Shown here: piece by piece, positions 45,743 to 56,533 of the stretch | Layout of the letters: each line of letters starts with the position of its first letter | How positions within the stretch are numbered: the stretch's first letter is position 1 | DNA from: Patescibacteria group bacterium | Lineage (GTDB): Bacteria; Patescibacteriota; JACPGU01 | NCBI GenBank assembly: GCA_041675145.1 | Contig: JBAYUK010000001.1 | Span: forward strand, 220,057 to 284,056 | DNA: 64,000 nt | Direction of reading: 5' to 3' | Position numbers and translations under genes: made by a program | Notes under the pieces: model-generated | The model's database searches: none | Seen by the model: the letters and a program-made list of their open reading frames with translations, nothing else | What the model was told of the DNA's origin: nothing

Positions 45743-46436
45743 TGGCTACCTCCATAAGATTGTTGAGCAATGCAATCGTAAACGACTGCACGAGTTGTTC
45801 GACGCTGGTTTCGGTAATGACGATATGACGACGGTGCGGTTTCCATGCCTCCATGAGATCTTTGTCTAGTTTCTGCGCTTGTGCAGCACTGGTTTCGTAG
45901 CGCGCCATATTTCCTTCTTGGATGTTTTTCTCAAACTGTGCTGGGTTGGTGACCGCTAGCGAAGTTAAGTGAAACACCATAGTGTAGCGCTGGTTAAGCA
46001 GATCTGGGCTAAAGTTATGGAAATCATAGAAGCCACTACTTCCACCCTCAAGATGGTATCCGTCGCCGTCTCCAACACCCCGATCTCCAAACACGAGTGG
46101 CGGACACCCGATTTGGTTTAACGCTTTGTCTTCCAGTCCCATCGTCAGTGGCACGATGATGTTGTTAAACGTCCGCTGCCATAGAGAGCTTTTAGCTTGC
46201 GCCTCAGTGGGAATGGGATAGCCATTTTTAAACAGAAACGTGGCGGCTTCTGGCACGATGCGTACCAGAAATCCCAGAGTGTCCTGGATAAAGTCCATAA
46301 CCGTGGTTTTTCCTGCCATAGGCCCACCCGTCACGACTACCAAGAGTGGTTTCTCTAACTGGTAGAGAAAATACAAGAGCTCCGGGGTAATTAACCGCCG
46401 GACGTGTGCTTTGGGTAACCGATACATGAGAAACAC
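45732..46436 (-). CDS. P-loop NTPase / AAA-family ATPase-kinase-like protein
   Basis: VVVTGGPMAGKTT Walker A. 11-bp overlap with the CYTH gene. Confidence 0.6.
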   Translation of the reverse strand: MFLMYRLPKAHVRRLITPELLYFLYQLEKPLLVVVTGGPMAGKTTVMDFIQDTLGFLVRIVPEAATFLFKNGYPIPTEAQAKSSLWQRTFNNIIVPLTMGLEDKALNQIGCPPLVFGDRGVGDGDGYHLEGGSSGFYDFHNFSPDLLNQRYTMVFHLTSLAVTNPAQFEKNIQEGNMARYETSAAQAQKLDKDLMEAWKPHRRHIVITETSVEQLVQSFTIALLNNLMEVANGG

Positions 46437-46658
46437 CTGCCTTTATGTAGTTGTGTGTGAAATGTCGAAGTTGGTAAGGAGCTTCCTCCTTGTCCCTATT
46501 ATACCCAAGAACGAGACTACAACCAAATACTTTACTGTTTTCCTGTTGTTAATACATAAATTCATCTAATGTATTGACATACTTAGTATAATATGCAATA
46601 ATCTGATTAATTGCACTTTTGCAGACCAGACACCTACACCCACATCACAGGAGGAACT

Positions 46659-46937
46659 ATGCCCATTCACATTGACTTTGACGGCTGGAAATTTTTTCTT
46701 GCCGCCCTACTCTTGATTGGGGTAGCGCCCCGACTTAACTATCCGAAGTTGTACCAGAAAGCGAAAACAAAATACCAGCGATGGTATTTTGCCCGTTTTC
46801 TAGACAACGGAGGGCGTTACCGGACCAACAACGAGAAGCTTTTAAAGAAGCGTCGCGTAAGCCCGCCAACAACCGGGAGCTACTTGTTTCCCGATGACCC
46901 GTCTGATCTGCAATCTATGCAGATAGGGAGGAACTAG
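46659..46937 (+). CDS. Hypothetical small membrane protein
   Basis: GGAGG RBS, ATG at 46659, one TM helix. Confidence 0.45.
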   Translation: MPIHIDFDGWKFFLAALLLIGVAPRLNYPKLYQKAKTKYQRWYFARFLDNGGRYRTNNEKLLKKRRVSPPTTGSYLFPDDPSDLQSMQIGRN

Positions 46938-46940
46938 GCC

Positions 46941-48011
46941 ATGTATTACACAATCTACAAAGGTGTTCCCGTGCTGGCACACCCACCAAACCTTGCGTTG
47001 TTCTTCATCGCTTTTCTTCTCGCAGCAGTTTGCGGAGCATTTCTCTACCGCCTCTGGCTGAAACGGGTCAAAAAGTGGAACAGCGAAGCAGTCCAACGAC
47101 TCCGAGACGACCCGGACTTTAAAGTTGCAATTCAGGATTTCTTTGACGATGTCCTGGAAGGCAAAGACCAGCGCCGGAGCAACATGCTTCTCAGACGATT
47201 CGAAGAGGCTGGCATCATCCACGACGGCCTTGAAAAGACATTCCCCAAGTATGCGGATAGCAAACTTGCAAGCCTTGGGGAACAAATAAAAGTCGAGGAG
47301 GGAAAGGCATTAGACAACCTCGCAACTTCAAAGGCTAATCTTCAACGAGAACTCTCTGTTCAGACTGAAGACAGCAAAGACACAATCAAGGAAATGCTTA
47401 AATCCGCTGAACAAACCCTTGAAGTTCTTACCAACAAAACGAAGGAACTCGAGAGCCTTAAACAAAAGGGGCTCGAGGAAAAATACGACGAAGTTTTCAA
47501 CGAAATTGGAGAGCGTGGTGTTAAAATCGTGCAAGATGCAAAAAATAGCATCGAAGAAGCGCTCACCAGCTTTCAAAATCAGTGCAAGGCTAGCCTGACT
47601 CATCTCGAGGAAAACGCTGACGCAGAAGAAAAAAAGCGATGGGACAGTCTCAAGACCCATATCCGAGACATACAAAGCAAACTCGATGTAGACATGAAAA
47701 ACCTCACAAACCGTGTCGGCAGAATCGAGTCTTCGCTTAAGCTGACAAACGGCAATGGTGACACCCATGGGCTAACTATTACATCCACGCCTAAACCACC
47801 GACGCAAACACAAGCCGGAATTCAGGCAATGAACTTGTCTCTGCAGTCCCAATCTGAGCAACAAGAACAAGCTCCACAGGCCACAGCACAGCTTGAGCAA
47901 CCAGCGAACACTCCCGAAGAAACCTTTATTGGTCCGCCGGATTCAACCGAACAAGACCAGTCACTAGGAAACCCGCCTCCCGCAGGCGAAGCCCCTGCCC
48001 CTACCGAGTAA
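46941..48011 (+). CDS. Membrane-anchored coiled-coil protein with Gln/Pro-rich tail
   Basis: GGAGGG RBS, N-terminal TM, long heptad-like region. Confidence 0.55.
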   Translation: MYYTIYKGVPVLAHPPNLALFFIAFLLAAVCGAFLYRLWLKRVKKWNSEAVQRLRDDPDFKVAIQDFFDDVLEGKDQRRSNMLLRRFEEAGIIHDGLEKTFPKYADSKLASLGEQIKVEEGKALDNLATSKANLQRELSVQTEDSKDTIKEMLKSAEQTLEVLTNKTKELESLKQKGLEEKYDEVFNEIGERGVKIVQDAKNSIEEALTSFQNQCKASLTHLEENADAEEKKRWDSLKTHIRDIQSKLDVDMKNLTNRVGRIESSLKLTNGNGDTHGLTITSTPKPPTQTQAGIQAMNLSLQSQSEQQEQAPQATAQLEQPANTPEETFIGPPDSTEQDQSLGNPPPAGEAPAPTE

Positions 48012-48035
48012 TCGGTTCGTATTGATTTGGTATTG

Positions 48036-48066
48036 AAAAGGCCCCTCTTCAGGGGCCTTTTTTTAT
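48036..48066. terminator. Bidirectional rho-independent terminator
   Basis: aaaggcccct-cttc-aggggccttttttt. Confidence 0.6.
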
Positions 48067-48998
48067 TCTTCTTTTTTGTTCTTACCATGGAACGCTTTAT
48101 GTACATCACGCAATTGCTGGTTGGTGATATGGGTATAGATCTGGGTAGTAGTAATAGATGAGTGACCCAGCATGGTTTGTACTGAGCGGATATCTGCCCC
48201 GTTCATAAGCAGGTCTGTTGCAAACGAGTGACGCATAGTGTGGGGAGTAACTTTTTTTACAATCCCGGCAAGCCTCGCATACTTTTGAATAATACGCTCA
48301 ACAGACCTGGCGGTTAACCTCGGCTCACCTTTGATCGTCTTTTTCCCAGTGGTAGGTAAAAAGACTGCCTTACGGTCATCTTTTCTAAAGCTTAAGTATT
48401 CTTTCAAGATTTCTTTGGCATCCTCAGATAAAAAGACGAGGCGGATCTTACTTCCCTTTCCACGCACCGCAAACTCACCGCGCGTGATCTCTACTTGGTC
48501 TCGGTTCAGCCCTACTAGCTCTGAGACACGCAAGCCAGTAGAAAAAAGAGTGGCGAGAATCGCGCGGTCTCGCAGTTGCTTTTGCAGGTTTTTTTCAAAC
48601 TGGAGGGGAGCAGCTAAAATTCTCACCAACTCTTCAGCATGTAAGAACGATACCTCCCGTGCCTCTTGTTTGGCTAGCTCTACCTTCTCAGCGGATAGTG
48701 TATCTATATCTCGCTTGGCTAGGTACTTCAGAAATGAGCGTAGCGCAATACTATGGTAGTTTTGGGTACTCTTTTTAATCGGGTCTCCGTTCTTATCCAA
48801 GAAACGGTTTAAGTATAGACGGTAGTGACGAATGAGATCGTGGTTAATGTCTGGTGCGCTAGATACTCCTTTTTCTGCCGCAAACAACACGAAGCGTCCG
48901 AGGTAATGCTCGTAGTTTTCAATAGTCTTAATAGAGCGACCTTTCTCTATTTCAAGATGTTCAAGAAATTCCCTTAGTAGTATAGAAAGATCGTGCAT
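48063..48998 (-). CDS. Tyrosine site-specific recombinase XerC/XerD
   Basis: RHSFATDLLMNGADIRSVQTMLGHSSITTTQIYTHI catalytic region. Confidence 0.85.
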   Translation of the reverse strand: MHDLSILLREFLEHLEIEKGRSIKTIENYEHYLGRFVLFAAEKGVSSAPDINHDLIRHYRLYLNRFLDKNGDPIKKSTQNYHSIALRSFLKYLAKRDIDTLSAEKVELAKQEAREVSFLHAEELVRILAAPLQFEKNLQKQLRDRAILATLFSTGLRVSELVGLNRDQVEITRGEFAVRGKGSKIRLVFLSEDAKEILKEYLSFRKDDRKAVFLPTTGKKTIKGEPRLTARSVERIIQKYARLAGIVKKVTPHTMRHSFATDLLMNGADIRSVQTMLGHSSITTTQIYTHITNQQLRDVHKAFHGKNKKEE

Positions 48999-49090
48999 AG
49001 GTATGTGTGTGTTCTAAACAATACTTGTATTGTACGACATCTCAAAAAGAAAACATAGAGAAAGGGGATAATCTTTGTTAGAATACATCC

Positions 49091-49717
49091 ATGTGGAATA
49101 TTTTAATGACCATTACCGACTCGATTGCGCACCACGGATATTTGGCTACTTTTGTGTTGATGTTTTTAGAGTCCTGCAATATCCCGGTCCCCTCAGAACC
49201 AGTCCTCATGTTTTCCGGCTTTCTTGTGGTAACAAAAGACATGTCTTTTTGGGGAATGGTACTGGCGAGCACCATTGGATGCGTGCTCGGTTCCCTACCC
49301 CCATACGCGCTTGGTCGCTGGGGCGGAAGACCACTGGTGTATAAATACCGCAGGCTTCTCCTTTTAACTAAAAAAGATCTTGATCGTTCAGATCGCTGGT
49401 TTGATAACCACCGAACTCCGGTACTCCTCATCTCACGAATGCTACCACTCGTGCGTGCAGTCATTTCAATCCCGGCCGGCATATACGAAACACCGATCTG
49501 GATCTTTTGTCTGTTAACGGCTCTCGGAAGCTTGGTGTGGTCGGTAGCACTGGTCTATCTCGGTATGATCGCAGGCACTCACTGGGAACAGTGGGCAGAA
49601 AAGTTTAATTACCTTTTGTACACCATTATTTCTCTCGCTATCATGGCAGTACTGTGGTACATCTGGCACAAAATACATAAAATACGAACAGAAGATAACG
49701 AGGAGATATCATCATGA
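49091..49717 (+). CDS. DedA-family membrane protein
   Basis: YLATFVLMFLESCNIPVPSEPVLMFSGFL... Confidence 0.8.
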   Translation: MWNILMTITDSIAHHGYLATFVLMFLESCNIPVPSEPVLMFSGFLVVTKDMSFWGMVLASTIGCVLGSLPPYALGRWGGRPLVYKYRRLLLLTKKDLDRSDRWFDNHRTPVLLISRMLPLVRAVISIPAGIYETPIWIFCLLTALGSLVWSVALVYLGMIAGTHWEQWAEKFNYLLYTIISLAIMAVLWYIWHKIHKIRTEDNEEISS

Positions 49718-51003
49718 AATTTCACTATTCAAAAATACAACTCAAAAACGGGATCCGGGTCTTAACCTCCCCGATGCGAGAAACTGCCGCTGCTATGGTT
49801 AGAATCTATTTTGGTGCTGGGGCACGCCACGAAACACAAGAACAAAACGGGATTGCCCACTTTTTAGAGCATATGGCCTTTAAGGGCACAAAGAAGCGCC
49901 CCACTACCCTGGATATTGTGAAAGAGCTCGACCGGTACTCGGGAAGCTACAATGCCAGTACAGGATATGAAACCACTAGCTACTACATTCACCTACCAGC
50001 CAGAAAGTTAGATGTAGCACTCGACATCTTTTCCGACATGTTACTCAACTCTAAGTTTGATGCTAAGGAAATAGAGAAAGAAAAAGGACCGATTCTGGAA
50101 GAACTCAAGCACACCCACGATGACCATGGCTCTTTTTTAGGGTACCGGATGCAGGAGTTACTCTACGGAGACTCTCCACTCGGCCGCGAGATTGTGGGAA
50201 CCGAGAAGCTCTTGAAAGAAATGGATCGAGAAAAGATCCTTGGGTTTTACAACCAGTTCTACAATCCAGATAACATTGTCGTGGCAGTAGCCGGGAACTT
50301 TGATGAGGCGAAGACTCAGAAGCTCATCAGTAAACTCTTTACTCCCCTTACCGGTAAAACCACAGATAAGTTCGAGCGGATCATCCCCATTCAGACAGCA
50401 CCACAGGTCAAGCTCTACAAACGAGATATGCAACAAGTACGCCTCTCGATGACCTTCCGCTCTTTTGGACGCCACCACACACCCGAATCAGATCTCTACG
50501 CGCGGTGGTTACTCTCAGACATCCTGGGAGGCTTTATGAGCTCACGCCTTTTTATTCAAGTTCGCGAAAAGCGCGGTTTATGCTATAGTATAGGTTCCTC
50601 ACAGGGTAGTTATGATGAATTAGGAGAGTTTGAGATCGGCGGTGGCTTTGATCCTGCCAATACCAAGAAAGCACTGGAAGTAATCTTTGCTATCCTGCGC
50701 GATATAAAGAGAAAAGGTTTTACCCCAGATGAACTCGCAATGGCCAAGGAGAATAACATCGGAGGACTTGAGCTTGCCCAAGAAGGACCAGGGTATATTT
50801 CTAACTTACTTGCTCGTGATGAGCTCCACTTCGGTAAGATCAGGACTCCAGACGAGACTATTGCTAATATTAAAAAAGTCACAAATAAAGATCTCATGAG
50901 AGTAGCAAACCAGATCTTTACCCCAGAGAACTGTAATATGGTACTAGTTGGCGCAGTGAAGGAAAAGGAAGAGAGCGAATACGCATCATTAATTAAATTG
51001 TAA
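49714..51003 (+). CDS. M16-family zinc peptidase (insulinase-like)
   Basis: HFLEHMAFKGT inverted zinc motif. Start overlaps the dedA stop. Confidence 0.8.
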   Translation: MKFHYSKIQLKNGIRVLTSPMRETAAAMVRIYFGAGARHETQEQNGIAHFLEHMAFKGTKKRPTTLDIVKELDRYSGSYNASTGYETTSYYIHLPARKLDVALDIFSDMLLNSKFDAKEIEKEKGPILEELKHTHDDHGSFLGYRMQELLYGDSPLGREIVGTEKLLKEMDREKILGFYNQFYNPDNIVVAVAGNFDEAKTQKLISKLFTPLTGKTTDKFERIIPIQTAPQVKLYKRDMQQVRLSMTFRSFGRHHTPESDLYARWLLSDILGGFMSSRLFIQVREKRGLCYSIGSSQGSYDELGEFEIGGGFDPANTKKALEVIFAILRDIKRKGFTPDELAMAKENNIGGLELAQEGPGYISNLLARDELHFGKIRTPDETIANIKKVTNKDLMRVANQIFTPENCNMVLVGAVKEKEESEYASLIKL

Positions 51004-51031
51004 TAATTACTAATTAGGAATAATTACTGTT

Positions 51032-51562
51032 ATGACTGAGAAAACACTTGTACTTGTTAAACCAGATGGCGTGCAAAAAAAGATTGTCGGGGATATTATC
51101 GCCCGTTTTGAAAAAGTAGGACTAAACCTTGTTGCTCTAAAGATGATTGCAGCTGACCAGCAGACTGTCGAACAGCACTATATCGCAGATGAAGCCTGGA
51201 TGGAGAATCTTGGTAAGAAAGCTCGTGCCTCGTACGAAGCAAAAGGCATGGATTTTCCTGTAACAGATATGGAGCATGGACAAAAAGTACGCGCTCAACT
51301 GATGGATTACCTTGGCATGGGACCAGTTGTAGCTATGGTACTTGAAGGAGAAGGAGCGGTTAAACTCGTGCGTAAACTAGTAGGTTCAACTGAACCTGCC
51401 AGCTCTGCACCTGGCACGATTCGAGGAGATCATGCGCTGGAGAGTTACCAGCTAGCAGATAACCTGGATCGTCCAGTATATAACGTGATCCATGCCTCGG
51501 GAGAGGTAGAGGAAGCGGCTCGTGAGATCCCGATCTGGTTCTCAGACCACGAGATTGTCTAA
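51032..51562 (+). CDS. ndk: Nucleoside diphosphate kinase (with internal insertion, 176 aa)
   Basis: TLVLVKPDGV ... NVIHASGEVEEAAREIPIWF. Confidence 0.75.
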   Translation: MTEKTLVLVKPDGVQKKIVGDIIARFEKVGLNLVALKMIAADQQTVEQHYIADEAWMENLGKKARASYEAKGMDFPVTDMEHGQKVRAQLMDYLGMGPVVAMVLEGEGAVKLVRKLVGSTEPASSAPGTIRGDHALESYQLADNLDRPVYNVIHASGEVEEAAREIPIWFSDHEIV

Positions 51563-51565
51563 AAC

Positions 51566-51594
51566 AAAAATCCCCCGGTCTGGGGGATTTTTTA
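51566..51594. terminator. Bidirectional rho-independent terminator
   Basis: aaatccccc-ggtc-tgggggattttttat. Confidence 0.6.
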
Positions 51595-51608
51595 TACTCA
51601 CCTGTTTC

Positions 51609-52424
51609 CTATTCAACAGTAAAGTTTATTTCCTTAATCTGTTCGTTGTTAATCATCACCTGTACGGTGTACTTACCCTTCGCGAAGCGATGTGAGGCAA
51701 GCCATGAATCCGCGCGCGCTTCAAACAGGGCAGCAAACGATCCGTCTCCTTCAACTTTCTTAGTAAAGGTCTTAATAGTACGATCATCGGGGAGATAACG
51801 CCATTTAAGGGTAAATTCTGTATCTTTGGGTGCTTGCTGATAGGCAACTGAGGCGTAAACCTTTGCGCTATCTTGCGTAAAGCTAGTTTTAGCTCCTACT
51901 GCTGGCTTACCAGTTAGATCTACTTCTGAAACGATTGAGACATTTTTTAGAATATTTAAGAACTGTTCTTGGCTGATCTGTTGCGGAGTTCTAACTGAAA
52001 ACTTCCCGCTGTAGTCTTCTGTTCCATTAATTAAGACCCGTAAGACAAAATCACCAGTTCCCCATTGCAAACTTTTTTTCGATATCTTCGTAATACTACT
52101 TCCCGAGAACGGGTCCTTAACGGCTCGGTCTTCTCCAAGGAGCAATTCACTGGTATTGGTATTCGCCCACTCGTAGCGAACGGTCGTTGCAGCGGGGACA
52201 TTTACGAAGTCAACGACTGCTATAATATCGGTATCGTTAGTAGTAAAGACCGTTACTTCGTCACCATCTATTTTTTTGTCCTCGGTAACAGCGCGACCAA
52301 AGGCAATGTTTTTTACCACCCCTGAAACTGATTGCGGTTTACCAGCTCCTCCCGAGAGGAGTATAATACCCAAGAGGAGAACGATAACCCCGCCGATTAT
52401 TGCAAAGAGTATTTTCTTTTCCAT
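51609..52424 (-). CDS. Hypothetical membrane-anchored extracytoplasmic protein
   Basis: N-terminal TM (ILFAIIGGVIVLLLGIILL), beta-rich remainder. Confidence 0.5.
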   Translation of the reverse strand: MEKKILFAIIGGVIVLLLGIILLSGGAGKPQSVSGVVKNIAFGRAVTEDKKIDGDEVTVFTTNDTDIIAVVDFVNVPAATTVRYEWANTNTSELLLGEDRAVKDPFSGSSITKISKKSLQWGTGDFVLRVLINGTEDYSGKFSVRTPQQISQEQFLNILKNVSIVSEVDLTGKPAVGAKTSFTQDSAKVYASVAYQQAPKDTEFTLKWRYLPDDRTIKTFTKKVEGDGSFAALFEARADSWLASHRFAKGKYTVQVMINNEQIKEINFTVE

Positions 52425-52440
52425 ATTATAAATTGTTACT

Positions 52441-53514
52441 GTGATTATTTATTTTTTTATCTCAGCACTCGTATCCCTTGTCTTTTCATTCAGTCTATAT
52501 CGCCTGAGTCTAAAATACAAGCTGGTAGATACTCCCAATAAAGAGCGCAAACATCATGCCACGCCAACCCCAAATATTGGCGGTATTGCACTGTTTGCTG
52601 CCTTCTGGATCACAACCATACTCTTTGTCCTAATCTATCAAGTGCAGGGCGAGTATCTTACATATCTTACTGGTCTGTTTCTGGGTAGTTTACTCTTACT
52701 GGTTATTGGGATTATTGATGACCGCATTAATCTGTCTCCGAGCAAGAAACTTATCGGACAGGTGGTAGCCTCAGGAGTTATCATCGCATCGGGAGTTGGC
52801 GTAAGCGTACTGGCCAGTCCGTTTGGCGGGTTTCTTCATTTAGATCAGATCAATATCGGTCTTTTTACCATCCAGGGAGTCACCTACCATCTTACGCTCA
52901 TTGCTGACGCTTTGGCGTTACTTTGGATTATTACACTCATTAATACCTTCAACTTCTTAGATGGCTTAGATGGCTTAGCCGCTGGCACCGCTGCAATTGC
53001 TTTTTTTGTCATAACGATTCTTTCACAAAATCCACTTATTAACCAACCACTTTCTGCTATTATCGCCCTTATTGCCCTGGGTGCTATAGTTGGCTTTCTG
53101 CCATTCAACCTCCCACCCGCTAAAATGTTTATGGGAGATTCTGGCAGTACTTTCTTGGGCTTCCTCCTCGCTGTACTCGCTATTATCGCGGGGAGTAAAC
53201 TGGCTACTGCTCTACTTGTACTTGGTCTTCCTATCTTTGACTCACTCTGGGTAGTATCCTCTCGTATCCTTAAAGGGAAAAAGCCCTGGGAAGCAGGACG
53301 CGACCACCTTCATCACAAGCTTCTTCAGCTCGGTATTTCCTCTCGTTGGGTAGTGATTATTTTCTGGACTATTACTGCTACCTTCGGTGCTATTAGCCTA
53401 CTGACACAAGGATCTGGGAAGCTTGTTGCGTTAGTGATATTTATTACGATCCTCGTCATCGCGATGACTCTTATTGAGCTCCGGCTCAGGAAAATTAAAA
53501 GAGCCGAAGCGTAA
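52441..53514 (+). CDS. GT4-family polyprenyl-phosphate N-acetylhexosamine-1-phosphate transferase (WecA/TagO/MraY-like)
   Basis: NTFNFLDGLDGLAAG and FMGDSGSTFLGF motifs. GTG start at 52441. Confidence 0.7.
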   Translation: MIIYFFISALVSLVFSFSLYRLSLKYKLVDTPNKERKHHATPTPNIGGIALFAAFWITTILFVLIYQVQGEYLTYLTGLFLGSLLLLVIGIIDDRINLSPSKKLIGQVVASGVIIASGVGVSVLASPFGGFLHLDQINIGLFTIQGVTYHLTLIADALALLWIITLINTFNFLDGLDGLAAGTAAIAFFVITILSQNPLINQPLSAIIALIALGAIVGFLPFNLPPAKMFMGDSGSTFLGFLLAVLAIIAGSKLATALLVLGLPIFDSLWVVSSRILKGKKPWEAGRDHLHHKLLQLGISSRWVVIIFWTITATFGAISLLTQGSGKLVALVIFITILVIAMTLIELRLRKIKRAEA

Positions 53515-53638
53515 TCTTTTATTCCAGCGCTAAATATGATAATATAGCCTAGATAGGCTCTTCTTTGAGCCTGTTCGCATTTTAAAAAATCGCGTGAGTA
53601 GAAAAATCAAAACCCAAGGAAAAGGAGCGTGGTCAACC

Positions 53639-56533
53639 ATGACCAAAAACACAATTCATGTAGTACGCGTCGTGGAGAAAGGTTTTCAACAAAACCGCCA
53701 CCACCTACTCAGCAACATCCGTCAAATCGGAATTAAGGGTGTCACAAATGTGCAGGCCGTAAAGGTCTACCGCTTAGAAGGGATATCTCTTAAAGAGACT
53801 AAAAAGCTGGCAACCAAGTTGTTCGCTGAGTCTCTTACACAAGAGTTCTCTATTAATGCACCCGCACCCATTGAGCACGGAAAGGATATCGTTGAGGTCG
53901 GCTACATCCCTGGTGTCATGAATCCTGAAATTAGCTCGATTATGAAAGCAGCGCATGACCTGGGAATTGCTCTTGTCGCCGTTGACACAAGTTGGGAACA
54001 CCACTTCTACGGCAAACAGTCAGAAGGTGATATTCACACCATTACCTCTCGTCTGCTCTTTAATAAAACCACGCAACGCGTGATCACTGAAGAACCAGCG
54101 ACACTGCTGTTCGCCGACACACCGCCTGAACCAACGAAAACAATTCCAGTTCGCTTCATGACAAATGGACAACTGGAAAAACTTTCAAAAGAAGGGCAAC
54201 TGTTTCTCAATCCAGCAGAAATGGCAGTTATCCGCGACTTCTTTTATTCGATTGGTCGCGATGCAAGTGATGTTGAGCTGGAAACACTCGCCCAAACATG
54301 GAGCGAGCACTGCAAACACAAGACCTTCTCCGCAAAGCTGGTTATTAATGGGGTTGAAAAAGAATCACTATTCAAGCGCCTCAAAGATGCCAGCAAACGA
54401 GCGGGTGGAAACATCATCTCGGCTTTTATTGATAACGCCGGTGTCATCTCGTTTTATGATGACTACGGTATCGTCGCAAAGGTCGAGACACATAACTCAC
54501 CTTCGGCTCTCGAGCCGTATGGTGGAGCCATGACCGGCACTGGTGGTGTCTTTCGAGATATCATGGGTACCGGCAAAGGAGCACGGCTTATCGCCTCAAC
54601 CGACATGTTCTGTCTTGCTCCGCCCGACCTTGCAGTGGAAGATTTGCCTCCAGGATGCTTGCATCCTCGAGAGCTTTTGCAAAACATTGTAGCGGGCGTG
54701 CGTGACTACGGAAATAGAATGGGGGTTCCGACCAACAATGGCTCGGTCACCTTCCATGAAGACTTCAGAGCAAAACCAACCGTCATTGTTGGTAGCTACG
54801 GCCTTGCCCCTGCCAAATACTGCACACAAGGAGAAGCAAAAAACGGCCATCGCCTCATCACAATTGGCGGAGCCATTGGACGCGACGGTGTGCATGGTGC
54901 AACATTCTCCAGTGGAGAAATGAATGCCCAAACAGTACACACTAGCGGGAGTGCTGTTCAGATTGGCAATGCCATTGAACAGCAACGCATGGCTCGTGCA
55001 CTACTAAAAGCTCGTGACCTTCATCTCGTTGAGGCCATCACCGACTGTGGCGCTGGAGGACTTTCAAGCGCTGTCGGTGAAATGGGCAGCAAAACTGGCG
55101 TCCATATCTTCTTGCATTTAGCTCCAACTAAGTACCCTGGGCTTCCTGCCTGGATACGCTGGATCTCTGAATCGCAAGAACGAATGGTAGTAGCCGTTGC
55201 TCCAAAAAATGTTCGTCGCTTCATTAAACTCTGCCACGACTATAATGTGGCAGCAGTAGATATCGGCGAATTCACCGACACCAAACGACTTGTGGTTCAG
55301 TTTCATGATGAGATTGTATGCGACTTGCTGATGGAGTTTCTCCATAACGGTCTCCCGCAACGGGTCATGAAAGCTACTTTCACTCCACAAAAGCCAAAGA
55401 TTCACCAAATCAAAGAACCGCTAACCCCACAACAGTGGAGTGAGACTTATTTGAAAGTCATGGGGCATTTGGATGTGTGCTCAAAAAAGCCCATCACTGA
55501 TCAATACGACCACACCGTCCAGGGGACCAATGTGCTCCCGCCATTTTCTGGCGTCAAGCTCGATGGCCCCAACGATGCGGCAGTTCTGGCTCCGTTCCCA
55601 AACAAGCCACACGGGATCATTATTAGTCACGGAATGAACCCAAGACTCATGCGCATTGACCCCTACCACGGGGCGATCTGGGCAATCCTGGAAGCACTCT
55701 CCAATTATGTTGCCGTAGGCGGTAACATCACAAAAGGTGAACTCGGCTTGGTGGACAACTTCATTTGGCCGTTCCCTGACGACCGTGGGCTTTTCATGCT
55801 TGACCAAGCAATGGAAGCTATCTGCTACATGATTAACACCTTCGGGATTGGATTTATTTCCGGCAAAGACTCACTGTCGAGCACCTACCGATTTCCCGAT
55901 GGAAGTAAACTGGAAATCCCACCGGTGCTTTGCATCTCAGCAGTTGGACGCATCCCGGATATCAGTAAAACAATGAGTGCTGACTTCAAAAAAGTCGGAT
56001 CACGCATCGTGCTGGTTGGAGCAACACACAAAAGCCTTGCTGGTTCAGTTTATGCTGACATTCAGAAGAAACTACCAGCAGGAGAGCAGTACGCTAACCA
56101 CATACCTTCTCCCGCCAAGTACCCGGAGAGCCTGGAGATCATTCAACAGGTCTACGCCAGAATCCACCAACTCATCATTCGAGGAGAAATCAGCGCCTGC
56201 CATGACATTAGTCAAGGAGGAGCGCTTGCAGCCTTAGCTGAAATGTGTATCGGTGGAGACTGTGGGGCGTTTGTTGGTAAAGAAATTGTGAACATGCAAG
56301 ATCCTGGTCGCTTCTACTTCAATGAATCACCTGGGTGCTTTTTGTGTGAAGTTCCGGAAAACACTGAACCATCCACTCTCTTTCATGACACCGACATCCC
56401 CTATTACGAAATCGGCACAACGACAAAAGAAAAAGATATTGTTCTGCACAATTACGGGCGACAGATCTGTAAAATCTCAGTTGCGGAACTCAAAAATGCC
56501 TGGGAAAAACCCATGAAGGAGGTGTTCGCATGA
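53639..56533 (+). CDS. purL: Phosphoribosylformylglycinamidine synthase, PurS-PurL fusion
   Basis: N-terminal PurS-like block (HVVRVVEKGF...), then PurL start (LAQTWSEHCKHKTF) and two AIRS domains. ATG at 53639 with AAAGGAG RBS. Confidence 0.8.
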   Translation: MTKNTIHVVRVVEKGFQQNRHHLLSNIRQIGIKGVTNVQAVKVYRLEGISLKETKKLATKLFAESLTQEFSINAPAPIEHGKDIVEVGYIPGVMNPEISSIMKAAHDLGIALVAVDTSWEHHFYGKQSEGDIHTITSRLLFNKTTQRVITEEPATLLFADTPPEPTKTIPVRFMTNGQLEKLSKEGQLFLNPAEMAVIRDFFYSIGRDASDVELETLAQTWSEHCKHKTFSAKLVINGVEKESLFKRLKDASKRAGGNIISAFIDNAGVISFYDDYGIVAKVETHNSPSALEPYGGAMTGTGGVFRDIMGTGKGARLIASTDMFCLAPPDLAVEDLPPGCLHPRELLQNIVAGVRDYGNRMGVPTNNGSVTFHEDFRAKPTVIVGSYGLAPAKYCTQGEAKNGHRLITIGGAIGRDGVHGATFSSGEMNAQTVHTSGSAVQIGNAIEQQRMARALLKARDLHLVEAITDCGAGGLSSAVGEMGSKTGVHIFLHLAPTKYPGLPAWIRWISESQERMVVAVAPKNVRRFIKLCHDYNVAAVDIGEFTDTKRLVVQFHDEIVCDLLMEFLHNGLPQRVMKATFTPQKPKIHQIKEPLTPQQWSETYLKVMGHLDVCSKKPITDQYDHTVQGTNVLPPFSGVKLDGPNDAAVLAPFPNKPHGIIISHGMNPRLMRIDPYHGAIWAILEALSNYVAVGGNITKGELGLVDNFIWPFPDDRGLFMLDQAMEAICYMINTFGIGFISGKDSLSSTYRFPDGSKLEIPPVLCISAVGRIPDISKTMSADFKKVGSRIVLVGATHKSLAGSVYADIQKKLPAGEQYANHIPSPAKYPESLEIIQQVYARIHQLIIRGEISACHDISQGGALAALAEMCIGGDCGAFVGKEIVNMQDPGRFYFNESPGCFLCEVPENTEPSTLFHDTDIPYYEIGTTTKEKDIVLHNYGRQICKISVAELKNAWEKPMKEVFA

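Noticed and set aside
48063-48998. XerC/D recombinase as evidence for an integrated prophage or integron
   Set aside because: The sequence matches chromosomal Xer dimer-resolution recombinases. No attachment sites, phage structural genes or attC/integrase context were found.
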